Source: Octopus sinensis (lineage: Eukaryota). Taken from it: a DNA stretch of 64,000 nucleotides. The stretch covers positions 64,294,001 through 64,358,000 of the forward strand of contig NC_043004.1 in NCBI RefSeq assembly GCF_006345805.1. Reading direction: 5' to 3'. How positions within the stretch are numbered: position 1 is the stretch's first letter; every line of letters starts with the position of its first letter. This document shows positions 23,602-37,249 of this stretch, in pieces. The notes below the pieces were generated by a model. It saw only the letters and a program-made list of their open reading frames with translations, was not told where the DNA came from and searched no databases. The translations under genes and the position numbers were made by a program.

Positions 23602-23990
23602 GCATATATATATATATATATATGCATATATATATATATATATATATTTTGTATGTGTATATATGCATATATATATATATTTGTATGTGTATATATGCAT
23701 ATATATATATATTTGTATGTGTATATAGGCATATATATATATATTTGTATGTGTGTGTATATGTATATATTTTTATGTATAGCTGTGTGTATGTGTATCT
23801 ACATATGTGTATATATATGTTTGTCTATATATTTTTATGTACATGTGTGTATGTGTATATATGCATATGTACATATATATACACATATTTGTATGTACGT
23901 GTGTGTGTATGTGTGTACATGTGTATGTGTATATATGTGTCTGTGTGAGTATTAAAATATTTATGTATTTATGTGCACGTGTGTATAAAT
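23390..23990. repeat. Long (TA)n / (TG)n compound microsatellite
   Basis: Seen directly. Confidence 0.97.
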
Positions 23991-24424
23991 GAAAAGAAAG
24001 TAAGTTAAAACGAATAGCCCAGAAAGGCCATCAGCATGTATATAAACAACAGACAGGTGTATATTATATACCATACAAGGTTGTTTCTTGATTTACTATA
24101 ATTATCTTCACTTTTAGGAATGAAATTAACGTGCAAGTGGCTGAGGACTCCACAGACATTTATACCCTTAATGTAGAAGTTGGGGAGATTCAGCATAACA
24201 CCGAATGTTCCAAGGCTGGTCCATTGATCACCTTTTCCTAAGATGTTGCACAAGGAAGCTAAACCTCATAACTCCAGGACTGGGAAAAAAGAATTCCTTG
24301 ACCACGTAGTCATTCCCATACCCTCCATATATATATGTGTGTGTGTATGTTTGTGTAGATACGGGTTTGTGAGTGCCTGTGCATGCACAGCATATCTGCA
24401 CACACCTATAGGCATACACGTGTA

Positions 24425-24743
24425 TGTATATGACAGGATTCTTCCAGTTTCTGTCTGCCAAATCCGCTCTCAAGGTTTTGGCTGGCCCGAGGCTATAGTG
24501 GAAGACCCTTGCCCAAGGTGCCATGTAGTGGGACTGAACCTAGAGCCATGTGGTTGGTAAGCAAGCTACTTACTACACAGACACTTTTGTACCTATGTGT
24601 ATATGTGTGTATATGTGTTGTGTGTTACAACAGGCTTTTTTCAGTTTCCGTCTATCAAATCCACACACAAGGCTTTGGTCGGCCTGAGGCTATAGTAGAA
24701 GACACTTGTCGGTAAGCAAGCTACTTACCACACAGCCACTCCT
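24425..24743 (-). mobile_element. Two tandem SINE family A 5' halves
   Basis: Blocks 24425-24590 and 24630-24743 are both reverse complements of the family A head and core. Confidence 0.8.
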
Positions 24744-25768
24744 GTTGGCTATATGTATACATTTTATTACAGATACATACGCAGTCATGTATCCATTACA
24801 ATCACAAGTATTCATTACACACATTCACAGAATAATACACACACACACACCATCATCACTCATACACTCACACACACCATACTCACCAACCCATTCTACA
24901 CTGCCATTCCATAAACATTGGTTCTTCCAATCAATTCTATGTAATAAACTCCAATATCTGTCTGTGTCTGTTTATTATAAACGATAGTGGTAGAAGTATC
25001 ATAGTAGCGCTTATTGTAGTTGTTGTTGTTGTTGTTGTCTGCTCAATAAGACCTAATGGCTAAGAAGCAGACTATCCAACCAAATGGTTGATCAATGTTT
25101 TTCAGGTCATGGCTGTTTTATCTTTATTATCTTTGCAGTACGGAACATTCTGTCTTAGGATTTGGGATGTCGGACAACGCTAAAATGCACACACGCACAT
25201 ATATATAAATATATGTAAAAGCACGGATTAACTGACTCTTTAACTGGGAGGTTTAGATCAAGAAATTGTCGCATCAATGCGAAGTACATTTACATGCACG
25301 CACATGCACACACACAAACACATACATGCACACACAGATAATGCTTGATAAATAATATAATAGAGTATATCAAGAAACAGTATATAGAACTCAGTACAGT
25401 GATATAGAGCAGAGTATTTGAATTTATAAAATGATATAAGTTAACTTATTGTATGAATTATCATAGGTGTTGTGATTTCAGGTTTCAGGTCTTGTTGATC
25501 TGCACAGTGTGAAGATCATCATCATCACCATCATTTAATGTCTGTTGTCCATGCTGGCATGGGTTGGATGGTTTGTGCCAAGCTGGTAAGCTGAGGGGAT
25601 GCACCAGGTTCCAGTCTGGTTTGGGATGGTTTCTACAGCTGGATGCCCTTCCTAATGTCAAAAGATTTAAAAAAATGTAAATTTCATATGTGTGTGTGTT
25701 TGTGTGCATGTGCACGTGTGTGTGTGTGTGTGTGTGTTTATATATATATGTGTGTGTGTATATATGTA

Positions 25769-25799
<31 letters not shown>

Positions 25800-26427
25800 A
25801 TATATATGGTTCAAATGTACAGAAAATAAAAGATAGACAGGTGAGGGAACAATAAGCAGGTGTAATGGAAAAGTCTCTGATGTTTCAAGCCTACACTCTT
25901 TAACAGAAAGGGATGTGAGGAAAAATAGAGAGAATGAGAAAAATGTGTTAGGATTAACGGTTGAACAGGATGAAATATGCACACACACATTTAGCTTTAA
26001 CCATTTTGGCTATTTTTAATTTGTCGTCTTGTTCTTCAGACTGTTTATCTCTATGTGAGATTAAAAAAAAAAAAGGTACTTTATTCAAGCTGAAAGGATT
26101 TCACAAATTCTCACTCAGTTCATAAATGTCTGGAGATCAGATTCATCAAACTCCGAATAGCAATTTCTGAAATAATCTTACTCTACCATTGGTATTCAAG
26201 TTCTAATTTTTACAATCCTCGTTTTGCACCTATGCACTCACATGTGTGTGCATACACACACACACACACTGATATATGAGACAGACAGACAGACAAATGA
26301 CATACAGAAGCATCAATCTTCGAGAATAATGACACTTAGTAAAATATGATTCAGACCTTAATGATCCATCCAACTCATACTGCCATAGAAAGCAGACGTA
26401 AAAACGATAATGGTGTACATGTATACG

Positions 26428-26504
<77 letters not shown>

Positions 26505-26580
26505 TTACTTACATCTTTATTTGTATTACTCTTTTACTTGATTCAGTCATTGATGTGCTGAGATACTCGGTCACTATCTT

Positions 26581-26802
26581 GAAGGTAGTGAGCTGGCAGA
26601 ATCATTAACATCCTAGGCAAAATGCTTAGCGGTATTTCATCTGTCTTTACGTTCTGAGTTCAAATTCTACTGAGGTCGACTTTGCCTTTCACCTTTTGAG
26701 GTCAATAAATTGAGTGTCAGTTGCGTACTAGGATCAATCAAATCAACTGCCCCTTTCCCTCCCCAAAAATCTCAGGCCTTGTGCCTAGAGTAGAAAAGAA
26801 TA
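26581..26802 (+). mobile_element. SINE family B copy
   Basis: 'gaaggtagtgagctggcagaatc...gttctgagttcaaattc...gccttgtgcctagagtagaa'. Confidence 0.85.
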
Positions 26803-28147
26803 TCTTGAAGGGTTTAGCTGATGGTATCAACCCCAGAATTTATTTTCAAGTGTGAATTACGAAAGACAGCTTGCTTTTTGTTTTTTGTTTTAATTCTTTT
26901 TTTATTTTTACCAAAGACTCTTCAATACATAGAGGCAGTCACACGCTCTCTCTCACAACACATACACACTCACTCACACAAATACACACACACATACACA
27001 TACACACAACAAGCTTCCATGTAGTTTCTGTTTACCATATTCACTCACAAAGCATTGAGCAAACCAACAGTCATAGTAGGAAACATTTTTTTGCCCAAGA
27101 CAGCTCACAGTGTGAACTGAACCAGAAACCGCAATGTTACCAAACAACCTTCTTAACTACACAGCATCATATATTTACGATCATCATTTTACAACCATAT
27201 TCTTTTTTTTTTTTTTATGCTGGCATAAGTAAGATGGATGTGTTCCAGGACAGCAGCTTCTTGCCACTTGTCGCAATCCTTTATCATCTGACACACAACA
27301 ACAAAAGATAGAAACCCATTAATCTTTCTGGTTTTGCATTGTAATGATTTTTGGCTACTTTTAACAGCTGAACACTTTTATTACCAGCCACCGTACAGTA
27401 TGGTTTGTGTGCCGTTTTATTGTGACTCTGGCACATTTGTGGGAGTCTGTTGTCTGCCAGTACTAAAGTGTCTCTCCTACACTGCATCAGCTTTTATTCC
27501 AAGTTATTTCTCCCTGAAACGAATTGCCTTCGCCATACATATACATTTATTTAGGTATACAAAATTGTGTATCTCAGCAATCTTTTTATATCTATTCTGT
27601 CATGCTCTTACTACATATACTATAGGCATGATGTTCTTTAAAAAGAACATCTGTTGTCAACGAATTCGTATACACACATACACATACATAGATGTCAGTC
27701 CTCTACCATTCCATTCACATTCACCTTGTATCTTGAGAATATGTCCTGGAACATTGCCACCAGCTCTCTTGTACTCTCTCTCTCTCTCTCTCTTGCTCTC
27801 TATCTCCTCTCCTGTCTCTCCTACTGTTGTAACTATGTATCTCCTCTATGCCAAGACACCTCTTTCTGTCTCTCTTTCATACTCTCACCTCCTATCACCA
27901 GGTACAAAGCCTCCCACCTCCTTCAATTACCACTCCCCCTCTCAAATGAGGAATCCTGGTCTTGCAAGTTGCTTGATGGTTCTGCTGCTGCTGATGCCAC
28001 AAATAAAGCATCCAGCCCAATCTATAAAATGGTTGGCATTTGGAAGGGTAAAACAGACATTGGTACTTGGAGCAGTCCTCTCGCCTACCACCTCCTATCA
28101 ACCAGTCCAATACAGGCCAAGCAATAAAAGACAGACGTTAAATGATG

Positions 28148-28190
<43 letters not shown>

Positions 28191-28463
28191 GAAATGAGGT
28201 AATCAGAAGATCGGATGGTTTATATTTACAGATATTTATTTATATATTACATTTTTTACATATATATCATATCACTTAGATCATTATCACTTTCTCCCAT
28301 TCTAGTGGGGTTTTCAAATCAAAATAAGTTCCTTTGTGGGGAATTTTGATCATTTTATAGAGTTTTGTAGTTGTGGGGAGGACTATATGACAGTACAAGA
28401 GGGTGAGGTGGATGAGGAGAAAGTGAGAGAGAGAACATGTGTGTATGTGTATGTGTATGTGTG

Positions 28464-28494
<31 letters not shown>

Positions 28495-28769
28495 ATCCGA
28501 GGTGAGTGCTAAAGAGAAAGAGGGAAAGGGAGTGGGAAAAAGAAGGAAAGAATTTTTTTTGGTCTGCTGGACAGAATATTGACTCCAAGGGGGTTCTAAG
28601 AATTTCAGCTTTGACCACTTCACAGTGTCACTGAGTGTGTGGTGGCGGGGAGGTTGGCCATAAATTATATTTCCTTTTATCATTGTGAGAATGGTCAAAT
28701 GCTTTTTTGGGTTTAAGAATTCTTTCCACTTTTTATGATCATTTTGTGGAGGTGTGTGTGTGTGTCTGT

Positions 28770-28842
<73 letters not shown>

Positions 28843-28926
28843 TGTCTCTGTGTGTTTCGAGAAGGGGAGAGAGACAAAAAAGAAAAATAAGGGAGGAAGG
28901 GGAAAAAATTGTGTTGATATTTATAC

Positions 28927-29508
28927 CACTATATATATATACATGCTTATACATGAAATATTTGAAAAAAGACCTTTTATCGGTTCAAAATGAACAACTA
29001 AATTACACCATCTTGAAAATTGTATATCATAGGAAAGTTAAAATTAAAGTGACAATTAAAAAGTAAAGATGAAGTAAATTATAAAAATAATATAATGTAT
29101 ATAACAGGCAATATATATATATATACACACACACATATATATACATATACAGACATATACTAAATGATCTACTATATTAGATTGTAAATTGAAAGATGTG
29201 TCCTTCAATGTCACTATATATATATACATGCTTACACATGAAATATTAGAAAAAAACCATCTTCTATCGATTCAAAATGAACAATCAAATTACACCATCT
29301 TGAAAATTGCATATCATAGGAAGGTTAAAATTAGAATGACAATTGGCAAGTAAAGATCAAGTAAATTACAAAAATAATATAATGTATATAACAGGTAATA
29401 TATATATATACACACACCTATATATATATATATATATTTATATATACACACACATATTAAATGTTCTACTATATTATATTGTAAATCGAAAGATTTGTCC
29501 TTCAATGT
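28927..29508 (-). repeat. Two tandem units of about 285-297 bp forming the 3' flank of the Penelope-like element (pLTR/3'UTR-like)
   Basis: Unit 1 28927-29211 and unit 2 29212-29508 both start 'cactatatatatatacatgctt' and end 'tccttcaatgt' on plus; they begin 15 nt past the GIY-YIG stop on minus. Confidence 0.85.
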
Positions 29509-29523
29509 ATGATGAGTAAAGTT

Positions 29524-32460
29524 TCAGCCATTCAATTTGGGGGAGAACTTAGCTATGAAATGTTTTTCCATATTCCTCCTGAAAGAGGTGTCGTTCTTCG
29601 GACATTTGTAGAAGGGAAAGATCTTAAATTTTCCTTCTCCACACGTAGCTAGGTGTGTACTTAGTGGTATTTTGTGTAGTTCTTCCTGCCGAATATGTTG
29701 TCGGTGAATCCTGGCTCGCTGGCACAAAGAATTACCAGTTTCACCTACGTAATTTTCCTTGCACGTGGGGCAGGTTATGCAGTATATAAAGTTCTGCATC
29801 TTGCAGTTCATATCTGTATTTACTTTGAATATGTCACCACTTTTAAATCTCATCTCTCTGTTTCCCTCTATGTATTTGTAGGTGGGGTTGCTGCAGATCC
29901 CACATCTACCATCTCCGCACTCTTTTGCAAAGAATTCCGTTTTAGTTTCTGAAGAGAATTTCACTCTTGTTAGATGTGTCTTTAGGTTTTTGTCCTGTCG
30001 TCTACTGTTTTTTATGCTATATTTGTTCAATGTTTTTCATTTTGGGGCTTTGTAAGGCTATTGGTAGGTTTGAATGTATGGTTTGGAAGATGTTGGTAAC
30101 TTCAGGGTTGTGCGTGTTTATAAAAGGGATAATGTTTTCTTTGTTTTTTGTTTTGGTTATCCTGAGTTGTGTGATGTCTAGTTTTAATGCTCTTGTGATT
30201 CCATTTTCTATTAGTTTAAGGGGGTATTTTTGCTCTAGGAGGAAGTTTTTGAGTTCATCTAGTCTTATTAGTCGTATTTGTGAATCAGTTACTATGCTAC
30301 ATATTCGTCGTGCCATACTATATGGGATGTTTCTTTTTGTGTGGGATGGGTGGCAGGAGTGGAAATTTAAGTATTGGTGTGTGTCAGTTTTTTTGTAGTG
30401 GATGTCTGTTGTGACGATGGAGTTGTGTATGTTGATGTCTAGGAAGGGAAGTTCGTTGTGGCTGATATCTATTGTGAAGTTGATAGATGGGTGCAGAGGA
30501 TGTTGTGGAATGTTCATAGATCTTCTTCTGATCTGTTCCAAAAGATGAAGCAGTCATTGAGGTAGCGTTTCCACTTTTTCTTGATGTCTTCTCTGAAGTC
30601 GTGTTCGAAGAATTTCCCTATTTCATCATATAGTTTGTTCTCCAGGAAACCCATCACCAGGTTGGCATATGAAGGTGCGAATTTTGTACCCATAGCCGTG
30701 CCTTTTATCTGTCAGTATGTCTTGTTGTTGAATGAGAATGTATTTTCTTCGAGTATTAGTTGGGTGGCTTGGGTGATAAAGTTTGTCTTGAAGCGTTCGT
30801 CTATAAGTTCTCTGTATTTTTCTATCGATTGTTTTATAGCTTCTAGACCTAGGGTGTGTGGTATGTTTGTGTATAGATTTGTGACATCAAAGCTTGCAAG
30901 TATGGTGTTTTTGCGGGACTGTATTTAGAATGTGTGTGAGGAAGTCTATGTCATCTCTTATGTAGCTTGGTATCTGTGGGCATAAAGGTTTGAGGAGTAC
31001 ATCTATGAAGTGGCTTAGTTGTTGTGTTGGTGCCTGGGGTCCTGCCACTATTGGTCTCATTGTGAGGTCTGCAGGCCTTTGTATTCTTATATAGTGGTTC
31101 CTCTGTTCCTTTATGGCTCTCTGTATTTCAGAGCTTTTATGAATTTTAGGTAATTCATAAAAATTGCTTTCTTTGGTTCGTGAGTTGCATAGATAGTCTT
31201 TCTCCTTATCTGTAAAGGAGTCCTGGTATTCATCGACTAAAGTTCTAATATTTTTTTTATTGTTGCTTTCTCCGGTGGTGTTGGTTCCTCTTTATAGTAT
31301 GTCTGGTTGTTCAGTAACTCCAGTATCTTTTCTTTGTAGTAATCTGTATACATAATTACTATTGCTCCACCTTTGTCAGCTTCTTTTATAATGATTGATT
31401 TGTCATTTTTCAGTTTTTGTAAGGCTTGTTTTTCTTCTCTGCGGAGATTCTGTTTGCATTTGTGTGTGTTGAGAGGGAATTTGGATATTGTCTCTATGTA
31501 TGCGTCAAGGTGTTTGTCACATCCCTTGTAAAGGGTGAAATGGGATTTTTTTTATTATGATTGAGTTATCTTCTGTTTCTTTATTTTCAAAGAATTCCAT
31601 AAGGCGGAGGTGGCGGCTGAAGTTGTCTTTATCAGTTTTTAGTTCTATGAGGTTTGGAGTGGGTGTAGGTGTAAATTTGAGGCCTTTTAGTAGTAGGTTC
31701 ATTTCATTTTCGTCAAGTTCTCTTTTAGATAAGTTTATTATTTCGGGGTCTATGTGTTTTGTGAGTTCACCCGGAATTTTTGGTGTATTGGGTCTGGAGT
31801 ATGGTTGAAGTATCCTCTCCCTAAAAAATGGGTTGTGTTGTTGCATCTCCAAATTCCATTTTCAGTTCTTAGGTTTTCTTGTAGTAGGGGTGGTCTGTGT
31901 GGTCTGTATGTGTTGTTTTGTCTTTGGTAGTTGTTTTCCTCTCATCTTTTGTGTTTGTTGAGCCAATATCTATTACTGGAGTTCAGGTTTCTTTGTGGGT
32001 AGGTGGATGGTTCATGTATTGTGTTTGTATTGTATTGATAGTGGGAGTTGTTTATTATCCATCTTGTAAATTTGTGGGGTTGCATGGGGTTGGTGTTTGT
32101 GTGGTTTCGATTTCCTCGATGTTTGTTGTAGGTTATGTGTTGATTTCTATCCATTTGTTTATTGTTCCATGTGTGTGTCCCTTTAGGATGTCCAGTGTTA
32201 TGTGTTGGTGGTTGTTCCTATTCTATTTGTTCTCTCCAAGTGTTATAGGTTGTTGGTTGTATGTATTGTGCTCGTCTTGCTGTTTGTGTGTTTGTTTTTG
32301 TGGGGTTTTGGGTTGATGGTTGTCTTTCATATTTTGTGTATCTGTTAATTGAGGGGTTCGGCAGTGTAAGGAGCGGGATTTTGGTTTGTGTTTGGTAGGG
32401 CTTATTTGGATGTCTGGGAGTCCAATATGTTTGTGGTGTTGGTTTGTTGTATCTATTCAT
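29524..32460 (-). mobile_element. Near full-length Penelope-like retroelement (Neptune-type), RT plus GIY-YIG, with stops and frameshifts
   Basis: IINLSKREL..LLKGLKFTPT; IIIKEADKGGAIVIM; RPIVAG; ASFDVTNLYTNIP; Y*QIKGTAMG..APSYANL; WKRYLNDCF (YLDD changed to YLND); LPFLDI; YLNFHSCHP..NIPYSMARRI; CGDGRCGIC linker; NFIYCITCPTCKENYVGET; EKHFI..PKLNG*. Confidence 0.95.
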
Positions 32461-32463
32461 TTG

Positions 32464-32512
<49 letters not shown>

Positions 32513-32664
32513 CATATACATATATCAAAAGGATATGTTAAAACACTATTCCACATATACAAAAAACAGCCATACTAACAATCCAGCATACCTCCATCAT
32601 CAGCTGACCCACAGATATCTTTATGGTTTCGATACATGCGCAGTACCACACACACATATATATA

Positions 32665-32697
<33 letters not shown>

Positions 32698-32698
<1 letters not shown>

Positions 32699-33645
32699 TG
32701 GGTCACCCCATAAATAATGCAGTTTTTTCAATTGCATGAACTAAAAGTCAGAGGAGGAAGGGATAAACTACTTGCATCAACTTGCTATAAAAGCAGGTAG
32801 GAATTTTACCTTGTCCTTATTCTTAGTGTAAGTTTTGAAGAGTGTAGTTTGATTTTAACAGTTATTTTTTCAAAGCTATAATGGAAGTAACAAAGGAGCA
32901 TATTCAGCATATTTTGCTTTATGAGTTCAACAAAGGCAACAACACAATGGAAAGTGCAAGGAATATTAATGCAGTATATGAGGAGCAGGCAATAAGCATA
33001 AGCCAGTGTCAACGGTGGTTCTAGAAATTCTGAGCCAGAAATAATAGCCTAGGAGATGAGCCTCATTCTGGAAGATCTGTAGAGCTCAATGAGGACATCC
33101 TGCAAACCCTACTGGAACAAAATCCCATCATAACTGTTGAAGAACTAGCAGAGAAGCTTGGATTTAGTCATTCATTTGACACCTCTGTGCCATCAGAAAA
33201 TGGCCATCTTTGGTTTCAAGTTAAAAGGTGTTCTTCCATCAGGATAATGCTCAGCCACATACAGTGAGGATGACATTCCAAAGGAAGGAGCAGTTTGAAT
33301 GGGAAACAATGCCCCATCCACCGTATTTGCCAGACATTGCCCCATCCACCATATTTGCCAGACATTGCTCCATCTAATTATCATTTATTCCGCAGTCTTC
33401 AAAATTATTTGGACGGAAAAAATATGAATTCTGAGGACAAGATCAGAACAGTGCTGGAGGAGTATTTTTTGTCACAGACAAAGTGAATATTGGAAGAGGG
33501 GCCTTGCAAGTCTACCAGATAGAAGGAAGAGCATTGTAGAAAATGAAGGAGAGTATATTTTAGATTGAAAAAGAACTTTTTTAATCTAAACTTTTGAAAG
33601 ATTAAAGAAGTATAAAAGAACTGCATTATTTATGGGATGACATAA
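32698..33645 (+). mobile_element. Internally deleted mariner (Tc1/mariner) transposon, 948 bp, with transposase pseudogene 32881-33568
   Basis: TIRs ttgggtcacccataaataatgcagt / actgcattatttatgggatgacataa flanked by TA. N-terminal HTH (HILLYEFNKG..QRWF..GRS), HQDNAQPHT and PHPPYLPDIAPSNYHLFRSL present; in-frame stops; WVPHEL linker and first catalytic D deleted. Confidence 0.93.
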
Positions 33646-33756
33646 TATATATATATATATATAAAACTGAACTATCTGTCTTTAATTTACTGACATCTGT
33701 GAACTGTCACAGTATTATAGCTCAACCAATAATAATGTTTTTAAATTTTGGTGCCA

Positions 33757-33955
33757 GACCATCAGTTTCAGAGGAAAGGGTGAGTTGATTACATCAACCC
33801 TTGTGCTCAACAGGTTTTTATCTTATCGACCCCTAAAGGATGAAAGGCAAAGTTGGCCTTGGCAGAATTTGAACTTAGAACATAAAGACAGACAAAATGC
33901 CAATCATTCACATTTCATCAGTTATGTGAATGATTCTGCCAGTGCACTACCTTAA
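33757..33955 (-). mobile_element. SINE family B copy
   Basis: Reverse-complement match to family B. Confidence 0.75.
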
Positions 33956-34355
33956 TAATAATGGGTTTCCCATTTTGGCACAAGGCCAGTATTTTGGGTG
34001 CGGAGAAGGTCAATCAATTACATTGACTTAATGCGCATCTGCTTGGCCTTGGCAGAATTTGAACAAGATGTTTGCTTTGCATTCATGAAGTACTGAGTTC
34101 AATCTCACTGTGCGGCATAGCCATGTGAGCTAGTCACGTTGACATAGCCACACATTCGGCTGATCTTTTATTATAAGTGAAAGTCTAAGACTTCAGGTCT
34201 CTCTCTCTTTAGCCCTAGGACTCATAATGCTGGAACACAAACCTGGTTTAAGAGACTGAGACTATGACACCACCACCATTCTCCACCCCACCTGTCTGTC
34301 TGTCTGTCGCTGGGTTTACTTCCCAGATATTACTTCTCAGTTACTACTAGAAGCG

Positions 34356-34640
34356 TGGAGGCACATGGCTTAGTGGTTAGGCTGTCAGCACCATGATCGT
34401 AACATTGCGGTTTCAATTCCCGGACCGGGTGACATGTTGTGTTCTTGAGCAAAGCACTTCATTTCACGTTGCCCCAGTCCACTCAGCTGGCAAAAATATA
34501 ATCAAAAGTGGATTAGCAGAATCGTTAGACAGTCATTAATGTTGCGATGGACTGGCGTCCCGTCCAGCTGGGGAACACATCCGCCATTGAAACCGGGAAA
34601 CCGGACCCATGAGCTTGGGTAGGCTTTAAAAGGGTGCATT
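34356..34640 (+). mobile_element. SINE with family D-type tRNA head and core, different tail
   Basis: 'ggaggcacatggcttagtggttagg...gtttcaattcccggaccggg...gttcttgagcaaagcacttcatttcac'; similar copy at 36417-36665. Confidence 0.75.
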
Positions 34641-34693
34641 TATTTTTTATTACTAGAAGTACCACTACTATTTATACTAGAACAATTAGTTCA

Positions 34694-34726
<33 letters not shown>

Positions 34727-34904
34727 ATTGCCATTCATCATTACTATCAATACTACGATTGTTACATTTGTTAGTTTATCATAATTGCTGTTGTTGTTGT
34801 TGTTTTATTGCTATCACTGGTAATAAAAAAATGCATTCATATATATACATATACACACATACATATACACACACATTCATATATGTACACACACACATAC
34901 ATAC

Positions 34905-34937
<33 letters not shown>

Positions 34938-35517
34938 CACATACACACATATACACACAGACACACACACACGTGTGTGTGTGCATATGCTAGTGAGTAA
35001 GAGCAGGTGGTGGTGGTCGTGGGTGGGACATATATCTAATATTGGCCTAATTTTCAGGAATCTGAAGACGAGACAAGAGTTGCCAACTGACACACGGCCA
35101 AGTAAACATAAGGCTTAAATAACATGGGTGGTGGAGAGGTTTGGGTGGGTGGATTCAGAAGATAAGGGTGGTCGTTGCAAGTGGTGGTGGTGGTGGTGGT
35201 GATGCTGCTGCTGCTGCTGGCGGTGGTCACATTGTACTTAGTCCAATCATTGATCAATAACAAGCCATTTCGTTAGGTTGTTGTTGTTCTTCTTCTTTTC
35301 GATAATGATGATGATTGTTTCTGTAGATAATTACTGTATTGTCTGTGTTTGTATTTGTTGATGTTTGTGTTATCTCGAAAGAAGTCGTTGTTGTTGTTGT
35401 AGTTATTATATGTTATATTATGTTGTACGATGATAATTGTTATTTTTGTTAATCTACTTTTTAATTGTTGTTACTTTATCATCAATACTTCATTATTATT
35501 GTTAGCATTTATTATTA

Positions 35518-35568
<51 letters not shown>

Positions 35569-35608
35569 TTATCATTATTATCATTATTATTATTATTATT
35601 ATTATTAT

Positions 35609-35642
<34 letters not shown>

Positions 35643-36746
35643 TGTGTTTTTATTATTGTTGCTATTAGTAGAAGCAGCAGCAGCTGATTGATTATTGGAA
35701 TATAATTAAGAGTGGATTGGCAGAATCGTTAGACAGTCATTAAGTAAAAAAAAAACCTTTCCATGTTAAGTTTTGGCTCTATATGCTGAGTTCAAATCCC
35801 ACCCAGGTCAGGTTTGCCATTCATTCCTTCAGGGGCAAATGAAAAGTACCAGTCACATACTTGGGTTGATGGTGTTGAGTAACCCAATTTTCTTTAAAAA
35901 ATTGCTGGTTTTATGCCTAAATCAAAACCAATTATTATTGAGTGAGAGAGCAGCACATGCCATCAAAGTGACACTGGGGTACAAATATATGACAAGCAGT
36001 CTGATAAGAATACACCAGGCATATGCATCACAAACATATATGCATGACATGGTGATCTAGCTAAACAGTGTATGACCTTGCAGGTGGGACCCAGCTAGAA
36101 TTTTCTTCATAGCCCATCCCACTCAAAATATCCCTGAATAAGAGTTGTTTAAGGATGATGAACGAAACACCCATATTTCCAGGGGTGAATTACTCAAACC
36201 CCAAAGAATCCCTCTTAACACATGGCTATGATACTACTTCCATACTACTTCTGCTCGTGATCAGAGATGCACATATCGTCAGCCACCAAGGGACATACTC
36301 AACTGGTTCAAGCCAAGCAACTGACAAGCAAATCTGCAATATGAACAGAATATTTGCTGTGGCCCATCTTTTACACTAAGACAAAATATGCACATTTCCA
36401 ACACATATCGCCTATGTGGAGGCACATGGCTTAGTGGTTAGGGTGATGGACTCATGATCATTAGATTGTGGTTTCAATTCCTGGACCGGGTGACACAATT
36501 TGTTTTTGAGCAAAAACACTTCATTTCACATTGCTCCAGTCCACTCAGCTGACAAAATGGGTAATCCTGCGATGGATTGACATCCCATCCAGGTGGGATA
36601 ATATATATATACCACGAAACCAGGAAACTGGCCCTTTATGTGTTGGTATGACACAAGATAACTTTACCTTGCTTTTAGCACCACATGTCACCCTCTCTCT
36701 CTAATATTATTATTGGTATATATTTTTCTGTACAGTAATCAATATA

Positions 36747-37145
36747 GGTACAGGAGAGGCTGTGTAGTAAGTAGCTTGCTTATGAATCACATGGTTCTAG
36801 GTTCAGTCCTACTGTGTGGCACCTTGGCAAGTGTCTTCTATTATAGCCTCAGGTTGAGCAAAGCCTTGTGAGTGGATTTGATAGATGGAAATTGAGAGAA
36901 GCCTGTCGTGTGTGTGTATGTGTGTATGATTGTGTGTGTGTATTTGTCCCCCAACATCACTTGACAACCAATACTGGTGTGTTTATGTACCCGTAACTTA
37001 GCGGTTCAGCAAAAAAGACCGAAAGAATAAGTACTGGGCTTACAAAGAATAAGTCCTGGGGTTGATTTGCTTGACTAAAGCCAGTGCCCCAGCATGGCCA
37101 CAGTCAAATGACTGAAACAAGTAAACAAAAAAAAAGAATAAAAGA
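36747..37145 (+). mobile_element. Full-length SINE family A
   Basis: Head, core, internal (TG)n and tail all present. Confidence 0.9.
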
Positions 37146-37249
37146 ATAGATAAAAGGATAATGACTTGACATTTCAGCAGACAAAAGGTATCCATTGATG
37201 AGGGAATGGCCCTTTTTTTCCCCCTTTTAATAAAATAATAATATAATAA

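Noticed and set aside
25139-25183. Good acceptor followed by YGTFCLRIWDVGQR*, resembling the GTPase DVGGQ motif
   Set aside because: It lacks one Gly, stops immediately, has no donor, and no other GTPase motifs are nearby.
35058-35101. 44-nt exon candidate (ctaattttcAG ... GTAAAC)
   Set aside because: Too short to assess, the donor is weak, and there is no homology evidence.
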